A stretch of 52,444 bases of DNA, counting the filler, from Catajapyx aquilonaris (lineage: Eukaryota), in NCBI GenBank assembly GCA_000934665.2. It is 3 parts of 3 records of this genome, joined end to end, with 100 filler letters (N's around TTAATTAATTAA, not from the genome) between each part and the next. Parts side by side here need not be neighbours in the genome. Positions count along the whole stretch, not along the records: positions 1 to 17,346 come from JYFJ02006966.1; 2 more parts are not named here. One strand, given 5' to 3'. A model generated the notes under the pieces. That model saw only the letters and a list, made by a program, of their open reading frames with translations. It made no database searches and was not told where the DNA came from. The position numbers and the translations under genes are program-made. Below, in pieces: positions 1 to 12,410 of this stretch (its first letter is position 1; every line of letters starts with the position of its first letter).

Positions 1-3000
1 TTGGCTAGTTACACCAGAAAATTCTATTTGAAAGTCAGAAGGAGCGATTAGGCAAAAATCGCTAAAGAGTGTATCTCAGTAATGAGGCTGCCCACACATA
101 TGACTCCTATACTTAAATCGATCCTCTGGTGGCTAGGAAGGCAGTCATATACGTCGGGGCACTGAGTTCAGATACACCCTGTATATGTACGTGCCTTTTG
201 CTGCTTCACCTTGATAAACTTTTTTTTAGCTGGTACTTTTTTTGTTTGTGGCACTGGAATCAGCCAGTAACAGGGATAAACGAGTTTACTTTTGACATGT
301 CTAGATGTGTCGCTCGAGTATAACCCACTCAGCGTCTTGAGAAAATCAAATTTGGAAGTTCAGGAACGTAAATCATCGTGAAGTTATGGTTTCCAGTGGC
401 AATTTTTGATAGTTTAATTTAGGAATAAGTGAGTACTGGACTCCTTCATTCTTTAAGCTTTTTATTTAATATGGTACTGCCAGCCAAATGTAACTCGGTT
501 ACTTGTTATGTCGCTCCGATATGCCCCAATTAAGCCATATTTCTAGTCCCCAAAGGTCGGATGCTCAAACTCCAGCCGTATATCATCCCGAGGCTTTTGA
601 TAATTATTCGCTGTCAATAAGGATCCCTTTACGTATCCTCTGAACTTGGCATGGGTTAGCAGCACTGTTATTATTACATTCCGCGCAAGATCGATCGCCC
701 GGTGAAGGATATCACTTGCAGATCCTGCCGACAAACGGGGCGGAAATTGAGATCTGCGAAAATGCGAATGACTTGCCAATATCTCAATTACTGACAAGCG
801 TCTTGGGTTACTCAGATCATCCAGAGCTTGTTTTGCTGATTAAATTTTCATAGGTTATTCGTCGGTTATTGTCGTGTCGATTTTATGACACCGGACGCAA
901 GTTTTTATCTGAAAGTTTGCATGGAATATTTGGTCAGCACCTAACCTGGATATGGAATTATTTTTAGCCCCAAATCAAGGACGAAGACCTTTTGACCACG
1001 ATACGGACCTCGTTCACGATTGCAAAACTCTCGAGGCAAACACGGAAACCCAGCACTACATATTGAGTCCCTCTGAAGTAGTTCCCAATGAAAAGCAAGC
1101 CTCACTATATTTCAATTTGCATCGCTGCACTCCACGGACGGGGATGTGACACTCGTGTCTAAAAACCGCAGGATTCGGGATTGGAAGCAGCTTTTCATCG
1201 AAGTTTCCAGCCAAGCCCTAACTCGGCCACGTGGGGCTCATTAATCCGGACCTGTCGTCAGAAAAAGAAAAAAAAGTTGGAACTTATTTTGCGCCAACTA
1301 GTGTGTTATGCCAGGCAGCAGGCAGACTGGCTCCGGCGTTGTCTAGGTGACCATAATTGCATGAAAGAATCAGGTTGCAAGAGCTGCAAACGAGGTACGA
1401 CGTCGAGGTGGAAAAAAAAAGATGGCTGTTTTTTTGCTATTAATCCGGTGAGAACAATCGGATTGAATTTTTTACAGGGTTTTATCCGGTGGTCTAAGTG
1501 CCAGATTCCGGGACTCAATTGGCTGGCCAAACCGTGCCATTTGACCTGAAACGCAATTGATTCTGGTGGAAGAGTAATTGCAAGGCTCGGGTTGCCATTC
1601 CCAGGGGGTGTCTGGACCCACTTGTTGGATACTTCTGAGTGGTGTAAGAAACGGTGCAAGGTGTTTTGACGCAGACTGTGCCAAAAGGATTAAAATTAAC
1701 GGGGTGGGGAATATTACGAGCCTCATTACCATGAAGGAGCAATAAACAAAAAGGGAGGTTGGAAGTACTGCAAATGAGGAGGGAAGTTACGAAGTGGGTT
1801 ATGAGACATTTGAAGAAGAAAAAATGGGTGCTGGCTGGCAGTTAAAAACAGGGGGGAATGTAAGTTTGTAAGAAGTTGGGATATCAAAGTCGGCTGGTTG
1901 TAATCCGGAGCCCGGAAACTTACCATTATCCAGTCAGGTCAACAGAATAAAAAGTTGTTTTCAAAGTTCACAAATTCTGACATTTGAATGCGGACCACGT
2001 CGTTGTGACATGAGGCAGCTTTATATATAGGATCGTGATTACGGAATATTGCACAATGCCATGGATAATTAGGCTTCAGGATGCGGAAAAGTTGGCGTAA
2101 CATAATGCGGCATCCAGCCCGTATGTGTCGTTGAGCACACCTGGAATTTTTGGCATATCCGGACCTAATTGGACGGCCATGGACGGGAAGAGAAATAATA
2201 AACATCCCGAGTGCATATTTTACGAGCAGGTACTTATCCACGCCGATGGAGTGCATCGAATGCCAGGGATTGGCAGCATTTTAGCACAGATCCCGGCTAA
2301 TAAAAAAAAAGAGGACATAAACGAATTTGTACGAGACCCGTTTCGAAAGTGCATTATCTCACGGAACAAATGTACCGCGACGTGACATTCGGTGGCGCAA
2401 CTGCCCCGACATTGATTTCGTTCTCGATCCCTTGCAGTTTATGCAGTTGACACAGGCTTGTAAACATTGAAGGACCTGCCACAACGACCAGTTTCTTGGG
2501 AGACTACACTCTTCTGACGTCAATGTTTTTTTTTTCGGGGGGAGGCTTTTTTATACGGTTCTCAGGAGCCGTATTAGCTATTCTCGTCGGAATTTTATGC
2601 AGACCTTTTCTAATAAAAAGAAAGGGATAAAAAGAAGTTGAAACTCCTTTATTCGTTTTCTTGGCCGACTTGTACAGCCGCTTTATTTACGTGCCCCATG
2701 CGCATGGTGCAAAAAAAAAATATCGACGTCACTCGTGGAAGAAACGTCATTTGAAAGTTATAGTTATAAATATTAATAGATGCGGAGAGAGATTTGGCCG
2801 CATGGATTCGCAGGCGGCAAAAAGTAGGGCTATCTTTCTAGCGGAAGGAAAGGCATATATCACGCCATTATGGGGGGGCCTCTGCAGCAAACGCAAGGTA
2901 GACCTGTAGTACGGTATATAGTACGGGGGCCCGTAATCTCAAATCTTTGCTGGAAATCTGTAAAGATTTCTAGGAAAGTCAATAGAAGGGTCGCGTGCAG

Positions 3001-6000
3001 GGGACTGAGGCCATATAACTTGCTCAAGGAGTCAGTGTGTGTCCCATGTCTCCTTTTGTGCCCCCCTTTCAACCCGTTTATGCCAATAATATGCGGGATT
3101 GTCGAATCGCAGGTGGGGGGGACCCCCATGGCTGGTATATATACCGGACACAAACACGGGGATCAATAAAAGCCCAGGCTGGAAGAGTGGGCTTTAAAAT
3201 GCATAAACCTGAAAGGGAGCAGCCAACCCTACAGTCTTTTAGGGCAGTCGAGTCACCTGCATATTGTTTGGACGGAATATCCTCGAATTAAAACTGGGGG
3301 ATCCCCTGCGGTGAGGGCCGTACAGGTGTGCCATTTGCAGATTCATTTTGTCTTGAAGTTGCAAACTACGAGTATACGATATAAAAAATGGATGTAGTGA
3401 CCTGTAACGTGGCCTGCAAGTGGCAGGGTAGGGATGAGAGTGGCTTGCTGGGGAGGACGTCAAACTCCCCGCCAAATGTCAAAATGGCACACGGAGCTGC
3501 TGGCCAAACCGGGTATGGATAGGACAATTACTGTTATTATTACCAGGGAGCACCGATATCGCACGTCAACGGTCCATTTGCTGGTATTTGTTCTGCGTGT
3601 ATATACACCCCACCCAGCACCAACACCCGCAGGGAAAATAATCGCACGCATGTTTGGACCGGAATGTGCATATTTATAGAAGCATTCACGCACATTGGAC
3701 CTGAAGATGGACTGGCACGGATTCAGTAAAGTGGCTGTCAAATATTTTAACAGTTATGTCACTTAGCGGCTAGAGATGAATGTCATTGCATATTTCCAAA
3801 TTCTGAGCATGTATTATTTACACGGTTGCTCACATGTGATTGGATGGGGTTGGTTGAGTCACTGTGCACATAATTGAAGCGAAGTTCCAAGGGAACCGTG
3901 CAATTTCGATTTTGAAGCAATCTAAGTTGGGAAAGTACTTACGTGCTTGGACCGTAAAAAATGTCAGGCGCAAATTTATTCACCCGGAAAGTTTGCGCGA
4001 ACAGCCGTCGAAAATCTGGCGTATGAGGAAAATTAGCCCGCGAAATAGCTGCGAAATGGTTACGTTGACCTCCAGGCTGTTCATATACTGGGAGCATACA
4101 AATATTGAGTTTCCTCCCTATTTTTTTATTATTGACCACCCCGACGTGATTGGTGCGTACACTATCCGTTTCGTGTTACCTGATCATCATTAGCGGGAGC
4201 TTCCTGTTCCACCCACATAGTTCTATTGAATTAGGGAAAATAGCCATCACTATCACGCCAAGCAACACAAAAAATACATTGGCTCACACATACACGATAA
4301 AGGTTATGTGAATCGAGCTATTTATAGTTGCGATGCGGTGTGAACTCCAGGCTATTACATGAATGAGGTCACACAAGGCGCCCCCTTCCGCAAAGGTCAT
4401 AGTGTCAGTCAGTCAGTAGCGAGGCTCCGAATATGCGCAGGCAGGGGTTGACCTAGGGTCACGCACACTATTCCCTCGTCTCCTAGCGACCCTACTGAGA
4501 CTGACTGCATTGTGTCGTGAGCTGCATGGGCTGTTATCGCCGATGAACTTTGCGTGTACGTCCCAACTTGCCCCGGGAAACCACAGAGACAGACCTGCCC
4601 AAAAAAAGGAAGAAAAAAAGAAGTTTTCGAAACTACTTCACCTTCGGAGATTTCCCGTCGTTCTTTTTGCCCCGTTGCCTTTTTATGCGCACCTGGCCAG
4701 AGTCCAATCGAAACCGCCTCGAGAGACACGCTCGCTTCACCTCTAGCTTCTTTTTCTGGCGAATTCACTTTTATTGGTAGCATTTCTTAAGGATCCGCGC
4801 TAAGGAATAAGGTCGGGTGCTTTGCAGAAGCGTCGGAGTGAAAAAACTCCGGCTCACGGCGCATATAATTTGGGATCCCATTACTGGTGGCAAGAATGTG
4901 CCAGCAGTTTTAATTAAATGCATGGGGCCTATATTTGCTCATGTCCTCACCGTTTGTTAGCAATCCATCATGACAAGTGTGTACGTGATAGTGTTGCCTC
5001 TCTCTCTTTTTTCACCTATTCCAATCCATCATGATAAGCGTGTTGGATCGGGTGTGTACATTGTGTATGCGGCCTGAAAACCACGATTCTACATTTCAAC
5101 TGCGACCTTGGTGGATTCGCATTGGTTGTCATTAAAAAGTATAATAATCAATTACACTAAGTAATTATGTCCCCGATAGTTGGGAGCATAATGCAATCGG
5201 CGCCGCGGTTGATGGGCAGAGAGCAAAAGGTTTTATTAGGTTATCGATCCTATTTTATAAATTCACAATTTAATATGTAATCGTGATAATATGCTGGTAG
5301 TGTACACGAGTAATGAGGAATTGCCGACAGATATGGAGCGATTGATATCATATACTGTAGTGACTGGAGGGAAATGACCTTGCCTGGTTTCCTCTTATCC
5401 TGAGAGTACCGCAACCATTGTGCCTCACTTGTTCTGACAGGAGTGTGCATTACAGGCGTATTCGCCATTACCTGTATTACCTGCTACCGAGCAATGCACC
5501 GCCATAATTTATTTCATTTATTTATGCATTGCACCCTTAACAATCTCGGCGGTGATAATGACTATATTCTTCGCGTGGCGTGAATCACGTGGAGAGAAAG
5601 TGGGAAGTAATGATCGTGTTTTAGGCGGAATATTAGTCAGGCTGAAAGTAATTTGAATAATGTACGACTTACTGCAGTAGCGGGCCGAAGACTAATTGGG
5701 AACGACTCAATTCGGATAACTACGGCGCTGTAGTCTTCTAAGGAAATGAGGTTGCACCGCATCAAGTAGGTTTAATGGGATTCCACTTTACACTGAATAG
5801 GCTTACAGTTTTTGACCTAGACGTAGAAGTCTACTTTACAGCGCAATAGAGTTTGCGAGAATGTCAAGCTGAATTTACACAGTTCTCTCATTTATGTGAC
5901 AGCATTAGCTTGTAGGATATTACTGTCATATGGATATCAGGCCTCTCGTAGTTTTCTCTGGTAGTGGGTTTGAACTACTTGGTAGTGCAGCAGAGTTGGT

Positions 6001-6800
6001 TATGCAGAGTGCTCGGAAATAACCTCGCAATCGGCGAATTAATAGAGGGGTATAAAAATACAACCGTCAAGTTCAACGGATGTCGTTACGGTCGTTGAGA
6101 TATCGTTGCCTATGCATATAATTACACATTGCGTGATAGATTAGTAGTCTTTGTCACAAATAACCTTGCGACTGGTGAACTCCAAATGTCACGCTCGAGC
6201 CAATGTGCGTGGGCCCCTACGAGATCGTGCCAGCAATAAACGGCGCTGATGCTGCTCAATACTATGAAAGCTGATATCATTAGACTACTCATCGGGGGCT
6301 AAACCCGACTTCCGATTCCCTTTTGCCAGCCGAGTGGGAAATGGCATTTAGAAGTGGGGGCCGTAACCGCTAGAAATAATGAACCCATCCCGTGACCAAG
6401 CAGTACTAGTACAGCTGGTTAAACATCGAGTCCAATTTGATAAAGGGCAGCTGGTGGTGCCGGTGTATATATACAGCGGTGTTGGCATCCGATTGGAAAT
6501 GTAAGGGGCCAGATAGCGCGGTCGGATTACCAGGCGCGTTTCTGTTTTTAAACCGTCCTGGAGTTTTAATGTGCATGCAAATCGGATCCACGAACATGGT
6601 TACATGTAGTCCTGGTTGGGAATTATGGAGTGTGGATCGGGGCACGTGACCAGCATGCTGGGAGTGCTGGGCCATGTGCGGTTGCACACCCGATGTTGTT
6701 GGGTGTGTATGCACATTGCCCCGGTGCTGTGTGTATATGCGGTGGTTGCAGTGATGACCCGTGTTGTGTCTTGGTTCTCAGGAGGAAGAGGTGGGGGCGG

Positions 6801-7054
6801 ATGACGTCACGGGGGGCACAGCACGAGCCCCAGGAGGCGCCGGCGTCGTCGTCGTCGTCGGCTGCTGGATACGAGGTCGGCATGGGGCGTCAGTGGAGTC
6901 CCGGCGAGTGCGGCGGGAGGAGGCCTCTGCTGCTCCAGGAGCGCGTCTCGGCCTCCAGCATGGAGCGGGCGGGGGGCGGAGCAGGAGGACGCCCCGGGGC
7001 CACACTGGGGGTCGCCCAGGGCCGACGACAGCCCGCCGACAAGGACCCCGAAAG
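6801..7054 (+). CDS. Candidate alternative first coding exon of the KCNQ gene (MTSRGAQHEPQEAPASSSSS...DKDPE)
   Basis: GC-rich open frame from ATG 6801 ending at AAG|GTCAGC (donor 7055) in phase 2, the phase needed to join the KCNQ exon at 15801. No homology recognised, so speculative. Confidence 0.3.
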
Positions 7055-7614
7055 GTCAGCCCCTAGCAGCCGCTGCTGACTCGCACACTGTACCAGTATC
7101 TCGTCCGTAGCAGCAGGCACACAAATCATAAATCCTTACTCTAGTGCCTGTAGCTGTCTCTATAGTATGATGTAACCATACGAGACCGTACGTGTAGACA
7201 CACGTGTGAGTGTGCCGTGTGTGTGCCTTAGTGCAGGTGCGTCAGGCAGGTCGCCGCTGCTGCAAACACTTAGCTTCCTCAGCTGATATATTCCATCACA
7301 GCCAGCAGCCATCCGTTGTGCACATCCATCTCCAGCAACCAACACGGTTCAGTGTAGTAAGTGACAGCAGCTCGTGCTGCTCGAGGATCTTGATGGAATG
7401 GCGGGGCAGCGGCAGCGGCGACTGTTCCCTTTATAGCCGTGTTGCCCACTTGGAGGATGTTCCGTTGCTGGTGAATCAGCGGCAGTCCGGCTTGGCAGGT
7501 ATTAGCCCCCGGCCTAGACTATAATAAGAGATGGATGTGTGAAGGACCCGCGCTGTCAGTCATTTCTTGCTATGGACTTGATACCCCTGTAGGAGTGTAC
7601 ACACTCTTCTAGAG

Positions 7615-7707
7615 TCAGTCAGTCAGAGTTTGTGCGTGCGTGCGTGACCTCCCTCGCAGCTTCTTCTTCTTCCCTCCTTCCTTCTATTCTTCCTTTGCCA
7701 GGTGAGT
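7615..7707 (+). promoter_or_regulatory. Candidate transcription start (Inr-like TCAGTC x2) and short non-coding 5' exon ending at a consensus donor
   Basis: TCAGTC at 7615 and 7619 matches the arthropod initiator; CAG|GTGAGT donor at 7702; lies upstream of the KCNQ coding exons. Confidence 0.3.
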
Positions 7708-10700
7708 CCAGTTTTGAACCCTTCCAGCACCGCATCTGCTCTCGCACCATAACCCATATACCGGCCCACCGCTGCTCATTATAATTAATTAGACACGTGC
7801 ACGCGGTCTAGTCCCCGACATTGCTCCCGCGTCATGTAATGCTCGCCACAATTACCAACTACAATTCAAGGCAGGAAGACCCCCCCAGTACATATCCAGC
7901 CCCCTCCTATATACGAATATATAGGAGGGTTGGCCTTGCCCGCTTCTGGACGGAGGAAGCCTGCTGGCTGCACTTATCGGTAACCACTTTGCAGTATCAG
8001 CAACCAAATGATCACATTTTGTGGGTGTCAAGCCCCGCACCGGCAGCCTCGCTCATTGGCTGCCTTTTAGCAGCGTCAAAGACGCGGTTTTGGAAGTAGG
8101 GTTGTGCCTAGAGCCTTTTATCAGCATCCTCTTCCGGATGGGCATATGGATGCTGCGCTAGAGGATTCAAACGTGATTGATTGGGATCCCAGGACGGTTG
8201 GAAGGACAACCTGGGCTTTTCAGAAAGACAGGTTAGAACCGTGTGAAGGGAGATTCGGGATCGTGTCACGACTGTCACCTGACCTTTGACCGTAACTGGT
8301 GCGGATTCGTCAGTTGGATCCAGGCGTATGTTTACCAGTCTTTCTGCCTTGACTTTAGAAGTGCACAGTCCACTAGGCACCCACCGAATTTAGAACTAGA
8401 CAGCCACACACTCACACGTGCTTATAGGTATAATACTGTCTGTTTGTGTGTGTCTGCGTGTTGTGTGTGAGAGAAAAGTGTGTGTATGTAAGCGCAAGGT
8501 CGTCTGGAACTCCCTGTCTAGCTTTGCCGCGGTGTAGAGTTTCCCATTCTTTCATATAACTCGCGGAACTATGCAGATGCTTAGTGGTGACGTGTTGCAG
8601 TTTTCATTTCACAAGCAGAAGTGCACTGTGTTCCCACTGAATTGTCCGAAGTTGACAAAAGTTTGCTGTTTATGAATCAGTTACATTGCAGCAGATACTT
8701 GTAGGGGCAAACGGTGGTCTTGTGCTATTAATATATTTGGTTGAATAGAATCATCTTTATTGACCGTTCTGGATCGTCAGCCTGACCTCGGATGAAGAGG
8801 ATGCGATATTGCAACTGCGTCGTGTGTTGCTCGTGGTAAACCAGTTTTATATGCCTGAAGTGGACGAGCGGGATTGTCTGCCATAATCAGTGAGTTGAAC
8901 AATTCCCGTTCAAGTCACTTTTTGAGCGAGGTAGGAAATCCATATTCGCATTTGTGAAAATGAGGTTTTAGAAGTGGGTCATTTTCAGAAATCTGAAAAG
9001 CTCGGGAAATTTCAATCAGTGCCTGCAAAGATGATTCCATCCAACCTGATATTATTAGAAGTAGCCTAATATATTGTGTTAAGCCGATTAGTAACAAAAT
9101 CGTGTTAACAAACGAGGAAAATTCAGTGCGAACACCCCTCATTTACTGCCTGCAGTTAATATTACAGCCGAGTGTACTGCGGCCTCTGGCAGTTTTGCAT
9201 GTTTGCATCTACTGGTCCGTAATACATTCGGCTGGACTCGGCAGCGTCCACACTAATTAAAGGAATATGCCTGCATAATAATCAGTAAATTTTCGTCAGC
9301 AATATTTCAAAACAAATTGACAAACTCATTAACACTGGGGAGGACCAAATGAGCACGTGTCTCCCACCCTTGCACTATACGTGGTGAGAATTGGGTTGTA
9401 TCTGTAGTGCCAAAACAGACCTCCTCGATAGGTCTTGAGAGAGAGAGAGAGAGATTGAGTGGTCGCAGCGGAAAAGCGGTCGTAAGACAAGCGGCAAGTA
9501 GACGGAGCCTGTGCTGCATCCGTATCCCAGGGATTTTCTTTGGCTGGAAGCGACGGGGTGGAAGGGAAAACCCCGGCAGACAGATCGTATTCCTCTTCCT
9601 GCTGCACGTTGCTGCAGCTAGAGGAGGTTTTGCAGAAGTAGCAGCAACGGAGGTCTCTGGAATGAATAATGGGCGGCAGAAGCAGCAGCAGCCAGGAGGA
9701 GTTGCATTTCCCAATCAATAGGAGCAAAGTGATTGGTCTTGTGAGGCGGTATTCGGAGAACTTACATTCCTCCCTCCCCTCCCCAATAACCGTTTTCCCC
9801 CGCCGCTCCTTTCCCCCCATGTCGAATCTAAAAAGGCCCGCTTACGTCATGTCCGGGAGCCCACCGGGAGGCTCATTTGGCTCTTCGGAGTGGCTCCCTT
9901 GGACCGCCTTCCGAGCCTCATTTCACAAACCCTTTGAAGTGGCTTCCACCTCGTGCGCCATCAATCCAGTAATCATTGCGACGGGACCAATCCCCAAAAC
10001 CTTTACCACCATTTTTCACTCAGCTAGCTCCAGGGGCATTGGGACTTGGCTTATTGGATGCGGCCCAGCACCCTTAGGTCGACACGATATTTTCGATATA
10101 TCGGTCGATGTTGTCCTAATCTACTGCGATTAAATTCGCGACAAATTTGCAATGTTTGTTTTCAAATCAGTGAGCGATATATTTGTGGAGAATATCAGCA
10201 AAGAGTCATCAATGCCAACCTTTAAAGAATACAGTTGCGTGTCCAACTCGATGCGGATATTATGCAAGTGACTTCATATAAAAATAAATATGATGCTAAA
10301 TGTATGTTATCTGCATATTTAACAACTATTAATTACAAGGCTTCCTATTTCTGAAACAATGAGGCATTCGTGTGTGTCCGTTACATTCAGTAGCCTACAC
10401 CCCTGTACTTTAATATAGGTCAGCGGAAATGTTGAACTTAAATCACATTTTATTGAGTGTACATGACACTTTCCTAAGACGATCCGCGTCCGATTTGCGA
10501 TATTGGTGATAACAGTCACTTGGCGAGTTGGATATTTATGCAAGAACAATTTGCGATATCGCCCAGCCCTCCCTAGACCCTCCTTCCAAGAATGAAGGTA
10601 ATAGTGTAATTGGGGGCTAATCGCGTCCAACTTGGTGCTATCTGCATGCGGGGCTGTGTGTGCACGCACGTTTCCCTCCCCGATAGCACCCGACTGCTAT

Positions 10701-12039
10701 CGGGGCAAGGGAAGTGCTGCGTCACGTGACCATTGGCGGGGGGATGATATGACCTCGCTGCGGGCGCCACTTACTCGCTCATCGCTTCCCTTGCAAACGA
10801 TCTTTTTCCTCGCGGATTAGGTTCTGACTTTTTCTCTAGTGCTGCTTGCTGCTACTGCTTGCCCACGGCTGCTTTTCTTTCGCCGGAGGAAGGCCGGGGA
10901 GGAAGGGGTGGTGGAGAAGGGGGGGGGGGAGGCGCCAAAGAAAATAATCCTTCCATCGTCTCCTCGTAACTCGAATCCGTTTGTAGAAGGTTGAAACCAA
11001 AGCAAAGTCGCTTTTAAGCCTGCAGGCACAAACTGCTGGAGAGATGGCGAAATGAAACTTGGGAAGGGTGGGGAGAGGAGGAGTAAAAAAGAAAGTGGGA
11101 AGATGATCAATCGCAGAAGGAACTGAGACTGAGAAATAAAAGCGGGCATTAAAGGCAGTGTGATGGGGCATTGGGGCTTGGGGGATAGCATGCTGCGACC
11201 CTGCATGTCGCACCTCGCCCACTTTGTCAACGTGGAGTTAGCTTGTTTTTATCCGGGCTTTTTCGCGTAATTCCTGGGAAAAAAAGGCGAGTGCACTCAG
11301 GCGGCTGAGGGGAAAATGTATGCGGGTGGAAAATGGGTGGGGCTGTTGATTGATTGATTGATAGCGCCGGCATGATGCTCCCCTCCCGTGCTGCTGTCCC
11401 ACGGAACAACCGCCCCGAAAAAAAAACTGAGATATACACACACAGTATATTCCGGGGGTGGTATGATGAATCGCGACATTTCAGACTTATTTTTGGTGAA
11501 ATTTTAGGGGAGCAGAGTCCGCCCCGCCCTTTGCCGCTAGCAATTAGCCGGTGATTAGGTAGCAGGATGTGTCGGAGCTGGGGTGTGGGTGGGTTGAAGG
11601 GCCGGGTTCCCCACCCTGCTGTGTGTGTGGGTGTAGTGCATGAGTGTGTGTGTGTGCTTCTGGCTAGCGGGAGAAATCCGACTGATGTAGCCGCTCATTA
11701 GATCGCGATAATCGCGTTTTCCTTGCGCCCAATCACTATCAATGGAATTAGGCCCGATTCCACCAATTAATTAGTTGTGGCGCCGACCTCTCCGGGCGCT
11801 GCTGCTGCTGCTGCTGCTTCCAACCATTTCCTTGTCTTGCACACACATTATAGCAGGATTGATCTTCCAGACACAAAGTTTGTCACCTCAAAGTCGGAAC
11901 TTTCTGCGCCAGCTTCTCCCCATGCTGGCGCAGTCGAGAGGCAGCAGCGGTACGGTGTGTTACCTGCTGTAATATCCGGGGTGTGGCGAAAAGTGTGGGA
12001 GACACGTGCCTGTTGTTTGTGTGTGTGTGCGTGCTTGTC

Positions 12040-12410
12040 ATGAGTGCTGAGGGCAGTGAGCTAACCGGTGGTGGTGGTATGGGGATTAGTTTGAGCCTGC
12101 ATGAGCGGAGGAGGCGACGGGTGCGGGGCTTCGGGCGTGGCCCGGGGCGAGGCTCGGGGCACAAGTCGGAGGAGGATGGTGCAGAGGAGGGAGGCGGAGG
12201 AGAAGAAGGAGAGGAAACGGAGGAGGAGGCGCCCCGGGCCGGGTCATGTCGACGCCTGCAACACCCACGGATGAGCCTGCTGGGCAGGCCCCTGGGACAA
12301 CGCAGCGCCGCGTGCAGAAGAGACGCAAGGATACGCAGAATGCAGACCAAGATCTACAACTTCCTAGAGAGGCCCAGGGGACTGAAGACGATGCTCTACC
12401 ATGTTCTCGT
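12040..12410 (+). CDS. KCNQ: KCNQ (Kv7) voltage-gated K+ channel, N-terminal coding exon
   Basis: Encodes ...HPRMSLLGRPL...RRDARIRRMQTKIYNFLERPRGLKTMLYHVLV, matching the PRMSLLG and YNFLERP pre-S1 motifs of arthropod KCNQ; phase-2 donor GT|GTACGT at 12411. Start ATG 12040 is inferred. Confidence 0.9.

Noticed and set aside
1..6400. Numerous 60-125 aa ORFs upstream of KCNQ
   Set aside because: No recognisable domains, coherent exon chains or paralogy; treated as non-coding.
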